DNA of 64,000 nt from an uncultured Phycisphaerales bacterium (GTDB lineage Bacteria > Planctomycetota > Phycisphaerae > Tepidisphaerales > Tepidisphaeraceae): the NCBI GenBank assembly GCA_963758525.1, contig CAVWVQ010000003.1, positions 384,001-448,000 on the forward strand, given 5' to 3'. The notes beneath the pieces are model-generated. The model was not told the origin of the DNA and did not search any database. It saw only the letters and a program-made list of their open reading frames with translations. Shown in pieces: positions 41,309 to 52,254 of the stretch (within the stretch, counting starts at the first letter, position 1; each line of letters starts with the position of its first letter). A program made the translations under genes and the position numbers.

Positions 41309-41372
41309 GATGTGCCAGGGGGTTGCGTTGGAGGCGCCGGAAAGTTAATTGTCTCTCTCAGCAAGGAAGCGC

Positions 41373-42731
41373 ATGAGCCAGCTCATCGACTCATCTCTCG
41401 CCGCTCAGTTCGACAAACTCCCGCCCCACTCGATTGAGGCTGAGATGTGTCTGCTGGCATCGATGATGCTCGACAAGGAAATGGTCGGGCAGGTGGTGCA
41501 GATCGTCGACCGCGAGAGCTTCTATCAGGCCGACCATCAGATCATCTACGACATCGTCCTTCGGCTCTACGAGCAGAACCGCCCGATCGATGCCCTGATC
41601 GTCCGCGAAGAGTTGATCAAGCGGCAGCTCTACGAGGAAGTTGGCGGGCGCGAATATCTCGCCGCCATCCTCAATGCGGTCCCCTCGGCCGCGCACGGGG
41701 CGCATTATGCGACCATCGTTCGGGAAAAATCGCTGCTGCGGCAACTGATCGGCGCGAGCAATGAGATTTTGCGCGATGCCTATGCGCCGCACGAGCAGGC
41801 GGATCTCGTTCTGGACAAGGCCGAGAAGAAGATCTTTGAAATCGCCCAGAAAAAAGTCGGCAACGCGATGGTGCCGATGGAGGTCGTCCTCCACGAGGTT
41901 TTCGAAAACATCGAAAATCGCGGCCAGCGCGGCGTCGAGACCGGGTTCTACGAACTCGACGACATGCTCAACGGGCTGCAGAAGGGAGAGATGATCATCG
42001 TCGCCGCCCGCCCCAGCATGGGCAAGACGGCGCTGGCGATGAATATCATCGAGCACATCGCCGCCGACAACCGGCTTCCCTGCGCCGTCTTTTCGCTGGA
42101 AATGAGCAAGCAGCAGCTCGCCCAGCGCATGCTCTGCAGCCGCGGGAAGATCGATGCCCACAAGCTGCGCAAGGGTCTCCTGCAGCCGCACGAGTATACC
42201 GAATTGGCCAATGTTGTCGGCGAGCTCGCCAAGGCGCCGATCTGGGTGGACGATTCGCCCGGCCTGACGATTCTCGATCTGCGCGCCAAGGCCCGCCGCC
42301 TGAAGCTGCAGCACGACATCAAGTGCGTGATGATCGACTACATGCAGCTCATGGACAACCCCGGCGTCGAAAGCCGCCAGCAGCAGATCAGCGAAATCTC
42401 CCGCGGAATCAAAGCGGTTGCCCGCGAGCTGGATGTCCCGGTGATCGCGTTGTCACAGTTGAATCGCCAATCGGAAGGCCGCGACGGCCATCGCCCGCGC
42501 ATGAGCGATCTCCGCGAGTCAGGCTCGATCGAACAGGATGCCGACGTCGTCGCCCTGCTGCATCGCGAAGACTATTACAAGATGAGCGAGCCGGATTTCC
42601 AACCGGACAACATCGCGGAAATCATCATCGCCAAGCAGCGCAACGGGCCGACGGGAACAGTGAAGCTGACGTTTCTCAACAAGACGACAAGGTTTGAGAA
42701 TCTGTCGACTCAGCACGATCCGTTTGCGTGA
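41373..42731 (+). CDS. dnaB: Replicative DNA helicase
   Basis: PPHSIEAE, AARPSMGKT, IDYMQL, SQLNR, DLRESGSIEQDAD; no intein. Confidence 0.98.
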   Translation: MSQLIDSSLAAQFDKLPPHSIEAEMCLLASMMLDKEMVGQVVQIVDRESFYQADHQIIYDIVLRLYEQNRPIDALIVREELIKRQLYEEVGGREYLAAILNAVPSAAHGAHYATIVREKSLLRQLIGASNEILRDAYAPHEQADLVLDKAEKKIFEIAQKKVGNAMVPMEVVLHEVFENIENRGQRGVETGFYELDDMLNGLQKGEMIIVAARPSMGKTALAMNIIEHIAADNRLPCAVFSLEMSKQQLAQRMLCSRGKIDAHKLRKGLLQPHEYTELANVVGELAKAPIWVDDSPGLTILDLRAKARRLKLQHDIKCVMIDYMQLMDNPGVESRQQQISEISRGIKAVARELDVPVIALSQLNRQSEGRDGHRPRMSDLRESGSIEQDADVVALLHREDYYKMSEPDFQPDNIAEIIIAKQRNGPTGTVKLTFLNKTTRFENLSTQHDPFA

Positions 42732-42793
42732 GGCGCCTTAATGAAACACGCTTAGCTATCTTCTGCCTAATCGTCGGCAATTGATCGGACACC

Positions 42794-43090
42794 TCAGTCC
42801 TTGTCCAATTGCGACCGATGTTCGCGCGCTGCGTGGAGAATACGCAGTACGACGACCGTTTGATTCTCGATTCTGAAAAAAACCTTGTAGGGAAATCTTT
42901 CGGTCAGTGCTCTCCGAAGCTCCCGGTAGTACAATGCAAATTGTTCGGGATCTTCTTCCAGGCGTGTGAACAAATCCGCGATTGAAGCCAGAAACTCGTC
43001 ACCCAATCCAAGGCGACGGCCCTCGTACCAGGTGCGTGCCTCAGCAAGATCAGCCTTGGCGACAGGGCGAATGTAAACGGGCCATTTCAC
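42794..43090 (-). CDS. RelE/ParE family toxin
   Basis: A.ADL.EA..WYE...GLG.EF, RFPYKVFF, ILH..R; GTGA overlap with the antitoxin. Confidence 0.9.
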   Translation of the reverse strand: MKWPVYIRPVAKADLAEARTWYEGRRLGLGDEFLASIADLFTRLEEDPEQFALYYRELRRALTERFPYKVFFRIENQTVVVLRILHAAREHRSQLDKD

Positions 43091-43320
43091 GCCGCACTCG
43101 AGCCGCGCACCCCGCGCAACACGTCGCGCCACGGCGTCCCGGGGTTTCCATCCCGCTCGAACTCAGCGAGTGCCTCGTCGAGCAGTTTTTTCTCTTCTGA
43201 AGAAGGGCCAACGCCCTCCAGCAGATCCTTTTCCTGCAGCTCGCACAGCCGCTGGAACACCTGCTCCCGCTCGTCAGGCTCAAGGGTGGACAGCCCAGCT
43301 AGAATCTCAGCTTTGCTCAT
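43087..43320 (-). CDS. Addiction-module antitoxin
   Basis: L...ER..., LLDE.L.EFE, PW.DV; directly upstream of the ParE gene. Confidence 0.82.
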   Translation of the reverse strand: MSKAEILAGLSTLEPDEREQVFQRLCELQEKDLLEGVGPSSEEKKLLDEALAEFERDGNPGTPWRDVLRGVRGSSAA

Positions 43321-43469
43321 GTCATTATTCTACCTGTCGGAAGGCCACAAGGAAAAGCCTTCTTGGACACTGTTGCCCCTGCAAAAGCCCACAGATTCTT
43401 TGAGCGCATTGACGGAAATAGCTCCTTCTGCCATGCTGCGCCCGATCTTCGGAGGAGCGTTCGCGCGCA

Positions 43470-44319
43470 ATGAAAATTCGCAAAGCCGTCATTACCGCAG
43501 CGGGTCGATCGCAACGGGGATTGCCGCTGCAGACGCTCGTGGATCGGGACGGAGTGCAGAAATCGGCCCTGCGAATTATTCTGCAGGAAGCGATCAGCAG
43601 CGGGGTTGAGCAGGTTTGTGCCGTCATCACCCCCGGCGATCAGAAGCTGTATGCGGAAGCGGCCGGAGAACTGGCGGGGAGATTGCAGTTTGTCGAGCAG
43701 AAGGATGCCCTGGGCTACGGCCATGCCCTCCACTGCGCCAAAGGCTTCGTTGCCAATGATCCGTTCCTGCACCTGGTCAGCGATCACTTGTATTTGAGCC
43801 GGTCGGGCAACCGCTGTGCACAGCAGTTGGTGGCGATGGCCGAGCTGCACAATTGCTCGGTGTCGGCCGTGCAGGCAACGCGGGAAAACATGCTGACGTA
43901 TTATGGAACGATCGGCGGACGGCGTGTTGCGGGGCAAAACAATCTCTACGAAGTGGAGCAGGTTGCCGAAAAACCGACGCCGACGGAAGCCGAGCAGACA
44001 CTTCTGGTTCCCGGGCTGCGCCGGACATTACCTCTGCTTCTTCGGCATGCACGTACTGACGCCAGCGGTGATGGATCTGCTTGGCGGCTTGCTCGGCAAG
44101 CTCAAATCCGGCGAGCGGCTCGCGCTCTCCCCGGCCCTCGCGGAACTGGCCCGCAAAGAACGCTATCTCGCCCTGGAAGTGCAGGGCCTGCGATACAACA
44201 TCGGCGTGCGCTACGGCCTGCTGACCGGCCAACTGGCGCTGGCGCTGGACGGGAACGACCGCGAGGAAATTCTCGCCCAACTTGTCGAACTGCTGGCAAC
44301 GCGGGAGAAGTCTGCCTGA
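43470..44319 (+). CDS. GalU-like sugar-phosphate nucleotidyltransferase (frameshift near 44020)
   Basis: KAVITAAG, Q...LGYGHA, EKP; C-terminus in ORF 43903-44319 (RYNIG..YG). Confidence 0.85.
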
Positions 44320-44327
44320 CCAACGCC

Positions 44328-47300
44328 ATGACCTCCGAGCTGATCCGGATCATCACGTCTGACGACCCGCAGGTGCGCGACCAGTCGCTCGACGCGATTT
44401 GCCGGGACGAGTCTGTCGAGCAACTCCTGGCCGAGTGCGAGCAGCTCGATGCGTTTCGCCGCGATCACGACAATCTCTACCAGCGCGTTCGCGCCCTCTT
44501 TTTCCTCTACGCCATTCACCGGTTCCACCTGCCGACGCGATCGAGTCTGTCGGTCCACGGTCATGTGCCGTTCAATGGGTACGAACATCTTCTCTCCCGT
44601 CGTTTTGAAGAAGCGATCGATTCGTTCCTCGATGTGCAGAAGAACAAGGGACCCAGTGACCCAATCTCCAGCGCCCTGGCGGCCGCGTACCGCGACCTGG
44701 CATTTCAGACCCTTGCCAACCAGGTGCGGCGGAGCGTCCGCTCGGTGAAAGGCAATCAATGGATGTTCCGCATCGGCCATCCCGCGGACCAGCCCTTGCG
44801 AATCCGGCCCGAGCTGCTCGAGCGTTCGCCGACGGATGGCTCGTTTCCGATTCTCGCGGAGAAGACTCCGGTGCGAATGGATCTCACGCATAGCGCGTGG
44901 AGCGACATCTTTTTTCTGGGAATGGATTTTCCCGAAGGCGCGCGGGTGCTGAACGTGTCGATCGACCTGGCCGTTCATGGGCGCGATCCAGCGCCCAAGC
45001 CGCCGGTCGAGGCATATCTGCGGGTGATCGACGAGCCGGTGTTGCGTGTCGTCAGCGTCGATCTGGCGACGCGCGCAGATATTACCAGCCTGCCGGAAGT
45101 CTTTGACTTTGCGAAGGATTATCTGGGGCTGCTCAAGGCGGCGGTGATCGCGTCGGGAATTATTCCGCCGGGGATCGAAGGCTCCGGCCGAACGCTTGCC
45201 GAGCTGCTGGAGCGAGTCGTCGGTCCGGGACTTGGGCTGGAGATCGTCAGCAACGTCAACAATATTCCAAAAGGTTCGCGGCTCGCAGTCTCCACCAATT
45301 TGCTGGGCGCGCTGATCTCCGTCTGCATGCGCGCGACCAGCCAGGCGACTTCGCTCACCGGAGAGCTGCACGAAAACGAGCGACGCCTGGTTGCGGCGCG
45401 CGCCATTCTCGGTGAGTGGATCGGTGGTTCGGGCGGCGGGTGGCAGGATTCGGGCGGCGTCTGGCCCGGAATGAAACTCATCACCGGCACGCCCGCGCGC
45501 GAGGGCGATCCGGAGTTTGGCATCAGCCGCGGCCGCCTGCTTCCCACGCACAAGATTCTCGGGTCCGCGGAGGCGCCGCCCTCCGTTCGTGAACATCTGC
45601 AACAGAGCCTCGTGCTCGTTCATGGCGGCATGGCGCAGAACGTCGGCCCGATTCTTGAGATGGTCACGGAAAAATATCTTCTCCGCTCCGAAGCCGAGTG
45701 GAGCGCCCGCTGGCAGGCGATGGGCATTCTCGACGAAATCCTCGACGCGCTGCGCCGCGATGATGTTGCCGGCGTCGGCGCCGCGACAACCCGCAATTTC
45801 TTCGGCCCGCTGCAGGCCATTATTCCCTGGGCCAGCACGCACTACACGGAAACGATCATCGCCCGCGTCAAAGAGCGATTCGGCTCCGACTTCTGGGGCT
45901 TCTGGATGCTCGGCGGAATGTCCGGCGGGGGAATGGGATTCATCTTTGCGCCAAAACAGAAAGCCGCCGCACAGGAGTTTCTCCAGCAGACAATGTCGAG
46001 CATCAAGAAGGAACTGGAGAACGCCCTGCCGTTCGCGATGGAACCGGTCGTCTACGATTTTGCGATCAATCCGCACGGCACCTATGCGCAGCTTCTGGCC
46101 AGCGACAAGGCGCTGCTGCCGCCCGGTTATTACGCGTTCATGGCGCCGCAATGGCTGCGGACTGACCCGCGCCAATTGTCGCCGCTGCGCCGCGCGGAAC
46201 TGGATCGCTTTGGCTCCGCCTGCCGAACCGATCCATCGCTTCGGGGGATGGTTGAAACGCTGTTCGACAGGCTCCTGCCGCGCGGAAAATCCGAAGGCGG
46301 CCCGGCCCGTTCGGTTTGGGAACTGCTCGATCAGTATGGATTTGATCGTCAGCTTCACGAGCAGATTCGCGCCGATCTGACCGCGGGCCGAACCGGCCTG
46401 GCGCAGAATCGCCTGCCGCGGACCACGACCATCGAAGACGTCAAACCGGACGATGTTGCGGATCTGACCGGGACGGCGTCAGGCGATTCGCGCGCAATGG
46501 ATCGAGCTTGGCCGCAAGGCATTACGAAACGGGGAAGTCGGAGTCATGTCGCTCGCCGCCGGTGCAGGCAGCCGATGGACGCAGGGCGCCGGGGTCGTCA
46601 AGGCGCTGCATCCGTTCTGCAAGCTCGCGGGGAAGCATCGCACGTTTATTGAAACGCATCTGGCCAAGAGCCGGCGCGTCGGACGAGAGCACGGCGCGAT
46701 GTTGCCGCACGTCATCGCGACCAGTTACCTGACGCACGAGCCGATCGCGTCGTTTCTGGCCGCGCGGGACAACTACGGCTACGCCGGTCCGCTGTATCTT
46801 TCGCCGGGGCGTTCGGTGGGCCTGCGCATGGTGCCGACGGTGCGCGATCTGCGATTCGCGTGGGAAGAGATGCCGCAGAAGCTTCTCGATCAGCAGGCCC
46901 AGAAGATGCGCGAAAGCCTTCATGCTGCGCTGATTGGCTGGGCAGAGCGCGCCGGACAGGCGAGCGATTACACCGACAATGTCCCCTCCCAGTGCCTTCA
47001 TCCCGTCGGCCATTGGTTTGAAACGCCCAATCTCCTGCGCAACGGCGTCCTCCTGCGCATGTTGCAGAACCGCCCGCAGCTTCGCTATCTGATGCTGCAC
47101 AATATCGACACCGTGGGAGCGGATGTTGATCCCGCCGTTCTCGGCCTGCATATCGCGCGCGGGTCGTGCCTCACCTTCGAAGTGATCACGCGCCGCATCG
47201 ACGATCGCGGCGGCGGACTGGCGCGCGTGAACGATCGCGTTCGGCTCGTCGAGGGATTGGCGATGCCGCGCGAGGAAGACGAGTTTCATCTTTCCTACTA

Positions 47301-47663
47301 CAACACGCTGACGACCTGGATCGAGATCGATCGGCTGCTGCAGGTCTTCGGCCTGTCGTGCGCCGAACTGGCGGATGCCGAAAAAGTCGCCGCCGCCGTC
47401 CGCGCGGTCGCGCGCGAATGCCGACTTACATCACCCTCAAAGACGTCAAGAAGCGCTGGGGCCATGGCCAGGAAGACATCTTTCCGGTCGCGCAGTTTGA
47501 GAAGCTCTGGGGCGACATGAGCGCGCTCGCTGAAGTCGCATGCGGGTATGCCGTGGTACCCCGCGCCCGCGGCCAGCAACTGAAAGATCAGGCCCAACTC
47601 GACGGCTGGCTCCGCGACGGGTCGGCCGCGTACGTCGAATCAATCTGCGAATTCGGCTCTTGA
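44328..47663 (+). CDS. GHMP-kinase / UDPGP-family pyrophosphorylase fusion (~1110 aa; frameshifts near 46500 and 47415)
   Basis: [34 protein letters not shown]; then [25 protein letters not shown]. Confidence 0.85.
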
Positions 47664-48023
47664 GCTGTCGGGCGGGACTTCTCCCGCCGTCGGCTCCGCG
47701 CGAGGCAATCGGCGGGATAAATCCCGCCCTACCGCGAGCGTTGAAGACTTTCCCGGTAGCACGCATGGCACGGGGAGAGCGATGATCCCCGCAATCGGAT
47801 ATCGATCTGTCGGACCGGGTTGAACGCATCCTCGTGGCATGGGCGTCCCGCGCGTCCCGCCCATGCTGGCGACGGAAGAGTTACCCGAAGATCTTCGCTA
47901 TCCAAATGTTCCTCGATTCCCGCGCAGCCAACATGGGCGGGACGCCCATGCCACGGGGAATCTCCTCCAGCGAAAAACTCTCCCGTCTCGCGTGTCGGGA
48001 TAGATCGGCTTATCATTCCTCGT

Positions 48024-48254
48024 ATGACCACCCCGACTTCTTCGCCTCAAGTTGACCCGGAACTGCTGGAGATTCTTCGATGCCCGCTGACGCGCAGCAA
48101 GCTGCGGCTCGAAGGGGATTTTCTGATCGCGGAAGTCGGCGGGTTGAGCTATCCCATCCGCGACGGCTTCCCTGTGATGCTCATCGAAGAGGCGAAGCTG
48201 CCCCAGGGCGTGCAATCGCTGGACGAGTTGAAGGCGAAGCTGAATATTGCGTGA
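48024..48254 (+). CDS. Trm112 family protein
   Basis: LLEILRCP, YPIRDGFPVML.EEA. Confidence 0.92.
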   Translation: MTTPTSSPQVDPELLEILRCPLTRSKLRLEGDFLIAEVGGLSYPIRDGFPVMLIEEAKLPQGVQSLDELKAKLNIA

Positions 48255-48255
48255 A

Positions 48256-49449
48256 TCACGCCTCGCGCAGGTGATAACTGCGAATCGTGTTCTGCTGAAA
48301 ATCGGGGTACGAGCCGATGTCGTGCTCGGCCAGATCGAGCCCGTCAAATTCATCGGCGTCGCGGGCGCGAATGCTGGCGACCCGCTTCAATCCGAAAAAC
48401 AACGCGGCTGAGGAGAGAATCGACAGCGCGGCAATGGCGAGCAATCCCAGGGCCGCGATCGCAAGCTGCCGGAGGCGCTCGCCCGGTGTTCCGCCGGCGA
48501 AGACCGCGGCGGCGAGCGTGCCCCAGATCCCCCCGGCAAGCTGCGGCGCGATCAGGCCGATCGGATCGTCGATGCGCAAATACAGATCCATCGCGACCGC
48601 CGACCACGGGACCAGCACCCCGGCGCCGGCGCCGATCAGCACCGCGGCCCGCACGCCGACCGATCCGGCGCCGGCGCTGGATGCAACCAGCCCGCCGAGC
48701 ATGCCGATCAACGTGAGCAGAAGGTCGATCTTCCCAAAGCGGAAATGGCAATAGATCATTGCCGTCCCCCCTGCCGCGACGGCGGCGAAGAAGACATCCG
48801 CAGCGGCGCTCTCCATTGGTTCCTGGCGCATCAGCGCCGATCCGACGACGTACGCGGTCCAACCGACCAGTGTCAGCAGCGCCCCCACCGCGGCCATTGG
48901 CAGCGTGTGTCCGGGGATGACGGCGGTGGACCCGTCACGATGATATTTTCCCGAACGCGGTCCAACGATTCTGGCGCCGACGGCGGCGCAGAGTGCCGCC
49001 GGAACCTGCAGCGCCGCAGCGCCCGCGACATCCACAAATCCCGCCCGCCTGAGCCATCCGTACCAGACCCAGTTTCCCGCGATGGGGAGGACCACCGTGC
49101 AGAGCAGCGCGGACGCTGCCAGCACCGGCATCAGCCGCGCCCGCTCCGCCAGCGCTCCGGCAACCACCGACGTCGCGGTAAGGACAGCCGCGGTTTGAAA
49201 CAACAGTGCCGTCGGATCAGGCGATCCGCCGAGCAGGAATTGCCAGCGAATTCCGATGAATGGCGTTTGCGTTTGCCAGAGCAACGCCGAGCCGATGGCA
49301 AGGAATGCCAGCGAGCCAACGTACAGATCGCAGAAAGACCGGACGATTGCGCTTGCAGAATTCTTCGAACGGCTCAAGCCGGTCAAAAAAAGTGCATGAC
49401 CAACGCGTACCAGCAGCGCCGCCACGGCTAATGCGGTCAGGGAGTCCAT
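48256..49449 (-). CDS. Ammonium transporter (Amt) family protein, non-canonical
   Basis: RSKN, GALAER, D.AG, GPRSG, IDDP, E.DGLD..EH motifs; multiple TM helices. Confidence 0.9.
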   Translation of the reverse strand: MDSLTALAVAALLVRVGHALFLTGLSRSKNSASAIVRSFCDLYVGSLAFLAIGSALLWQTQTPFIGIRWQFLLGGSPDPTALLFQTAAVLTATSVVAGALAERARLMPVLAASALLCTVVLPIAGNWVWYGWLRRAGFVDVAGAAALQVPAALCAAVGARIVGPRSGKYHRDGSTAVIPGHTLPMAAVGALLTLVGWTAYVVGSALMRQEPMESAAADVFFAAVAAGGTAMIYCHFRFGKIDLLLTLIGMLGGLVASSAGAGSVGVRAAVLIGAGAGVLVPWSAVAMDLYLRIDDPIGLIAPQLAGGIWGTLAAAVFAGGTPGERLRQLAIAALGLLAIAALSILSSAALFFGLKRVASIRARDADEFDGLDLAEHDIGSYPDFQQNTIRSYHLREA

Positions 49450-49495
49450 CAGGCGGTACAGGGTAGCGACACAGGCGCGGGAAGGCACGGGGGCA

Positions 49496-49627
49496 GGTGA
49501 TTGGTGATTGGAACGTGACAAAGCGAGCGAATCGTGAAGACGTGAAACGTGAGAAGGAGCGGAGGCCTCGGAATCGTGACCGCATCGAGCTTGCCAGCGG
49601 TGCCGTCGTGGCTTGCCCCTTCGCGGA
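49496..49627 (-). repeat. Dispersed ~135-bp repeat family, copy C
   Basis: Reverse-complement match to 31638-31779 and 55022-55153. Confidence 0.85.
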
Positions 49628-49843
49628 GCGAACCGCCCACGAAAACTTTCCCCTTCGGCGACGCGTGACGCACCCGATCTTTCGGGAGCTGTCACAACGG
49701 TGCTGCAACTCTTTCCCCCTCCCCTGGTACGCCGGGGAAGGGCTGGGGTGGGGGCTCGCTTGCGATCGCGCGGACCGGTACTGAAGCGGGTAATTCCGCA
49801 AGCTCCTTCCCGCCTTGCCTCCAACTTCCAATAATGGACCGCA

Positions 49844-50677
49844 ATGATCCGGCACCGCTCAGGCGACGATTTCCTCCTCATCACGCAGAAAGAGCACGCA
49901 CTCTTCGCCGGAACGTTGGCGACGCACGTGGGCAACGACCGCTTCGCTCCCCCGGCGCCGTTCGAGCCCACCGTGCGGGGGATCGCGCTCCATGACAGCG
50001 GCTGGCCGCTGCACGACGATGCGCCGGCGCTGGACCGGCATGGCTGGCCGATGCATGTGCTGCAGACGCCGCTTGAGATTGCAACGCGGGTTTGGAACGC
50101 GTCGGTCGATCTGGCGGTCGCGGAGCATCCGTGGAGCGGATTGCTGGTCAGTCAGCATGTGCTGCGGCTCTCATCGCTGCCGCACGAGGGAAGCGGACGG
50201 GATGGAAGACCGGCCGATCCTCGAACGATCTTCGAGATCAATAAATTTCAGCACCGGCAGATTGAGATTCAGGAATCGCTGCGCAAATCGCTGAGCCTGC
50301 GGACGGATATCGCGCTGCGGCTCGGGCTGGCGCAGCCGGGGACAAATGATGACGAAGATCTCCTGCTCGTCGCGGCCGGATGGATGCGCGTGCTGGACAG
50401 CCTGAGCCTTGACATCTGCTGCGATCGGCCGTTGTTTGACGCGATTGACTACATCTTTCCAAAGCCGGGCGTTCAACCGGTGCGCATGACGATCGGGCAT
50501 CCCGCGCCGTTTCAGTTGGCGCTGGATCCGTGGCCATTTGACGTGGCGGAGATCGCCGCGGAGATTCCCCTGCGCCGCGTCCCGGCGCGGGCTTATTCGT
50601 CGCTGGGAGAATTTCGCGATATGTACGCGGCAGCGCGGAACGAACAGATGGTGCTCAAGCTTTCGCCGTCGCGATAG
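49844..50677 (+). CDS. DUF3891 family protein
   Basis: LITQ..HA, HD.GW, LLVS.H, D.LSL..C, DPWPF. Confidence 0.85.
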   Translation: MIRHRSGDDFLLITQKEHALFAGTLATHVGNDRFAPPAPFEPTVRGIALHDSGWPLHDDAPALDRHGWPMHVLQTPLEIATRVWNASVDLAVAEHPWSGLLVSQHVLRLSSLPHEGSGRDGRPADPRTIFEINKFQHRQIEIQESLRKSLSLRTDIALRLGLAQPGTNDDEDLLLVAAGWMRVLDSLSLDICCDRPLFDAIDYIFPKPGVQPVRMTIGHPAPFQLALDPWPFDVAEIAAEIPLRRVPARAYSSLGEFRDMYAAARNEQMVLKLSPSR

Positions 50678-50693
50678 CGGAAAGGATTTCTCG

Positions 50694-51194
50694 ATGCCTT
50701 TGATGACGCTGCAATATCCCCTCGGCTACTTTGTTGCTCACAACGCGACCATCGTCGGCGACGTCAGAATCGGACCGCTGGCCAGTTTTTGGTTTAACGC
50801 CGTCGTGCGCGGTGACGTCGCTTCGGTGAGCATCGGGCAGAGGGTCAACGTGCAGGACGGCGCGGTCATTCACTGCGACTCGGGCGTCCCGAATACGATC
50901 GAAGATGACGTGTCGATCGGCCATGGCGCGATCGTTCATGGCACATTCGTCGGCCGGGGTTCGCTGATCGGAATGGGCGCGGTGGTGTTGGGCCGGACGC
51001 GGATCGGCAGCGAGTGTTTGATCGCGGCCGGGGCGGTCGTCCCCCCGGGGCTGGAGGTGCCGGACCGCATGGTGGTGATGGGAGTTCCCGGCAAGATCGT
51101 CAGACCGATCAAGGCCGAGGAGTTGCAATACCTCGCGTGGCTCAGCGGGCACTATGTGGAGTTGGCGCAGAAGTATGAGAGCGGAGCGTTCTGA
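50694..51194 (+). CDS. Gamma carbonic anhydrase family (YrdA-like)
   Basis: Hexapeptide repeats, VRGD, NVQDG..IH, IGHGAIVHG. Confidence 0.93.
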   Translation: MPLMTLQYPLGYFVAHNATIVGDVRIGPLASFWFNAVVRGDVASVSIGQRVNVQDGAVIHCDSGVPNTIEDDVSIGHGAIVHGTFVGRGSLIGMGAVVLGRTRIGSECLIAAGAVVPPGLEVPDRMVVMGVPGKIVRPIKAEELQYLAWLSGHYVELAQKYESGAF

Positions 51195-51296
51195 CAAGAT
51201 TCGCAAAGTTGACGCAGCGTGACGCCCAGAAAGCTTGCTGTTGGGGGGATCTGGCGGGGGCCAGTTCCGCAGGCTTTCAGATCCAATGATCCCGTT

Positions 51297-51719
51297 CTAA
51301 TTACTCGCGCCGGCGTCGTTCAGGCAGGCGCGCAGTTGGGTGAGCAACTGCGACACGTTCACAGGCTTGCTGAAAAAGTAAGTAGCTCCTGATTGGGCGA
51401 CCGCCTTGAGCATGTCGATGGAGTTTTCACCGCTGAGAACGATCACCGGAGCTTTCGGGCCCAGCCGTTCGCGGAGCTTTTGGATAAGGATCAGCCCGTG
51501 GAGATCGGGAAGGTTCAAGTCGACGACAGCTGCCTGAAATCGAAACTCGTCGATCGCGGATAACGCATGAGCGGCCCGGTAGGCCACCGCTGTCTGATAA
51601 CGTTCGGCCTCAAGCAGCCGAGCGAGCGCATCAGCCGTCGGCTGATGGTCGTCGACCACCAGAACGTTGGGCCAGGCCAGCGGGGCCACCTCTTCGAAAT
51701 TGAACTGAAGCGATTCCAC
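51297..51719 (-). CDS. Single-domain response regulator
   Basis: VLVVDD, DLNLPD, LSG, KP. Confidence 0.9.
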   Translation of the reverse strand: MESLQFNFEEVAPLAWPNVLVVDDHQPTADALARLLEAERYQTAVAYRAAHALSAIDEFRFQAAVVDLNLPDLHGLILIQKLRERLGPKAPVIVLSGENSIDMLKAVAQSGATYFFSKPVNVSQLLTQLRACLNDAGASN

Positions 51720-51814
51720 CGGACACCATCGCCAATCCTCATGCCCGAGTGTAGAGAATTTTGCGACTTTCCGTCTTCGCCGACACTGCTTCGCGAAGGC
51801 CAGAGAAGATTTGT

Positions 51815-51844
51815 TTGCATTTTCGAGCTTGACGACAGTATATT
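51815..51844 (+). promoter_or_regulatory. Sigma70-like promoter of the cold-shock gene
   Basis: TTGCAT-18 nt-TATATT about 120 nt upstream of the ATG. Confidence 0.45.
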
Positions 51845-51967
51845 GAATTTACTTGCGGGAACGCATCGCCGGTGGCATCGTGGGTGGGGAGTCATGTCGT
51901 AAGGGATGTCGCTTCGCGTCTGGCGAGATCGCTCTGCTCCCGCCGAGCAGCAATTCTGGGAGAGCGC

Positions 51968-52198
51968 ATGTCGACTGGCCCGGTTAAATGGTTTGATTCC
52001 AAAAAAGGGTTTGGCTTTATCGTCGGCCCGGAGGGCCAGGACGTATTCGTTCATTTCAGCAGCATCGAAGGCGATGGCTTTCGCTCGCTGCGTGACGGAG
52101 AGATGGTCGAGTACGAGCTGCTCCAGGGTGAAAAGGGGTTTTCTGCGCAGCACGTGAAAAGAGTCGTCGCGGCGGAAAATGAGTCGAAGGTGGGTTGA
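51968..52198 (+). CDS. Cold-shock domain protein
   Basis: [20 protein letters not shown]. Confidence 0.96.
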   Translation: MSTGPVKWFDSKKGFGFIVGPEGQDVFVHFSSIEGDGFRSLRDGEMVEYELLQGEKGFSAQHVKRVVAAENESKVG

Positions 52199-52254
52199 GA
52201 GCGGGATTTCGCGCGCTTTTTTACTTTTCCGTCACCCCCCTTTAGCCTGTTTCG

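Noticed and set aside
43470..46652. 1060-aa ORF suggesting a GalU-kinase fusion
   Set aside because: Artefact of the frameshift near 44020; the GalU-like gene ends at 44319 and the next gene starts at 44328
49450..49971. N-terminal extension of the Amt ORF (similar extensions at 15002, 38350, 47820, 57336)
   Set aside because: These are open frames running through intergenic repeats; homology starts at downstream ATGs and, unlike 5932-6978, there is no coupling evidence for the upstream start
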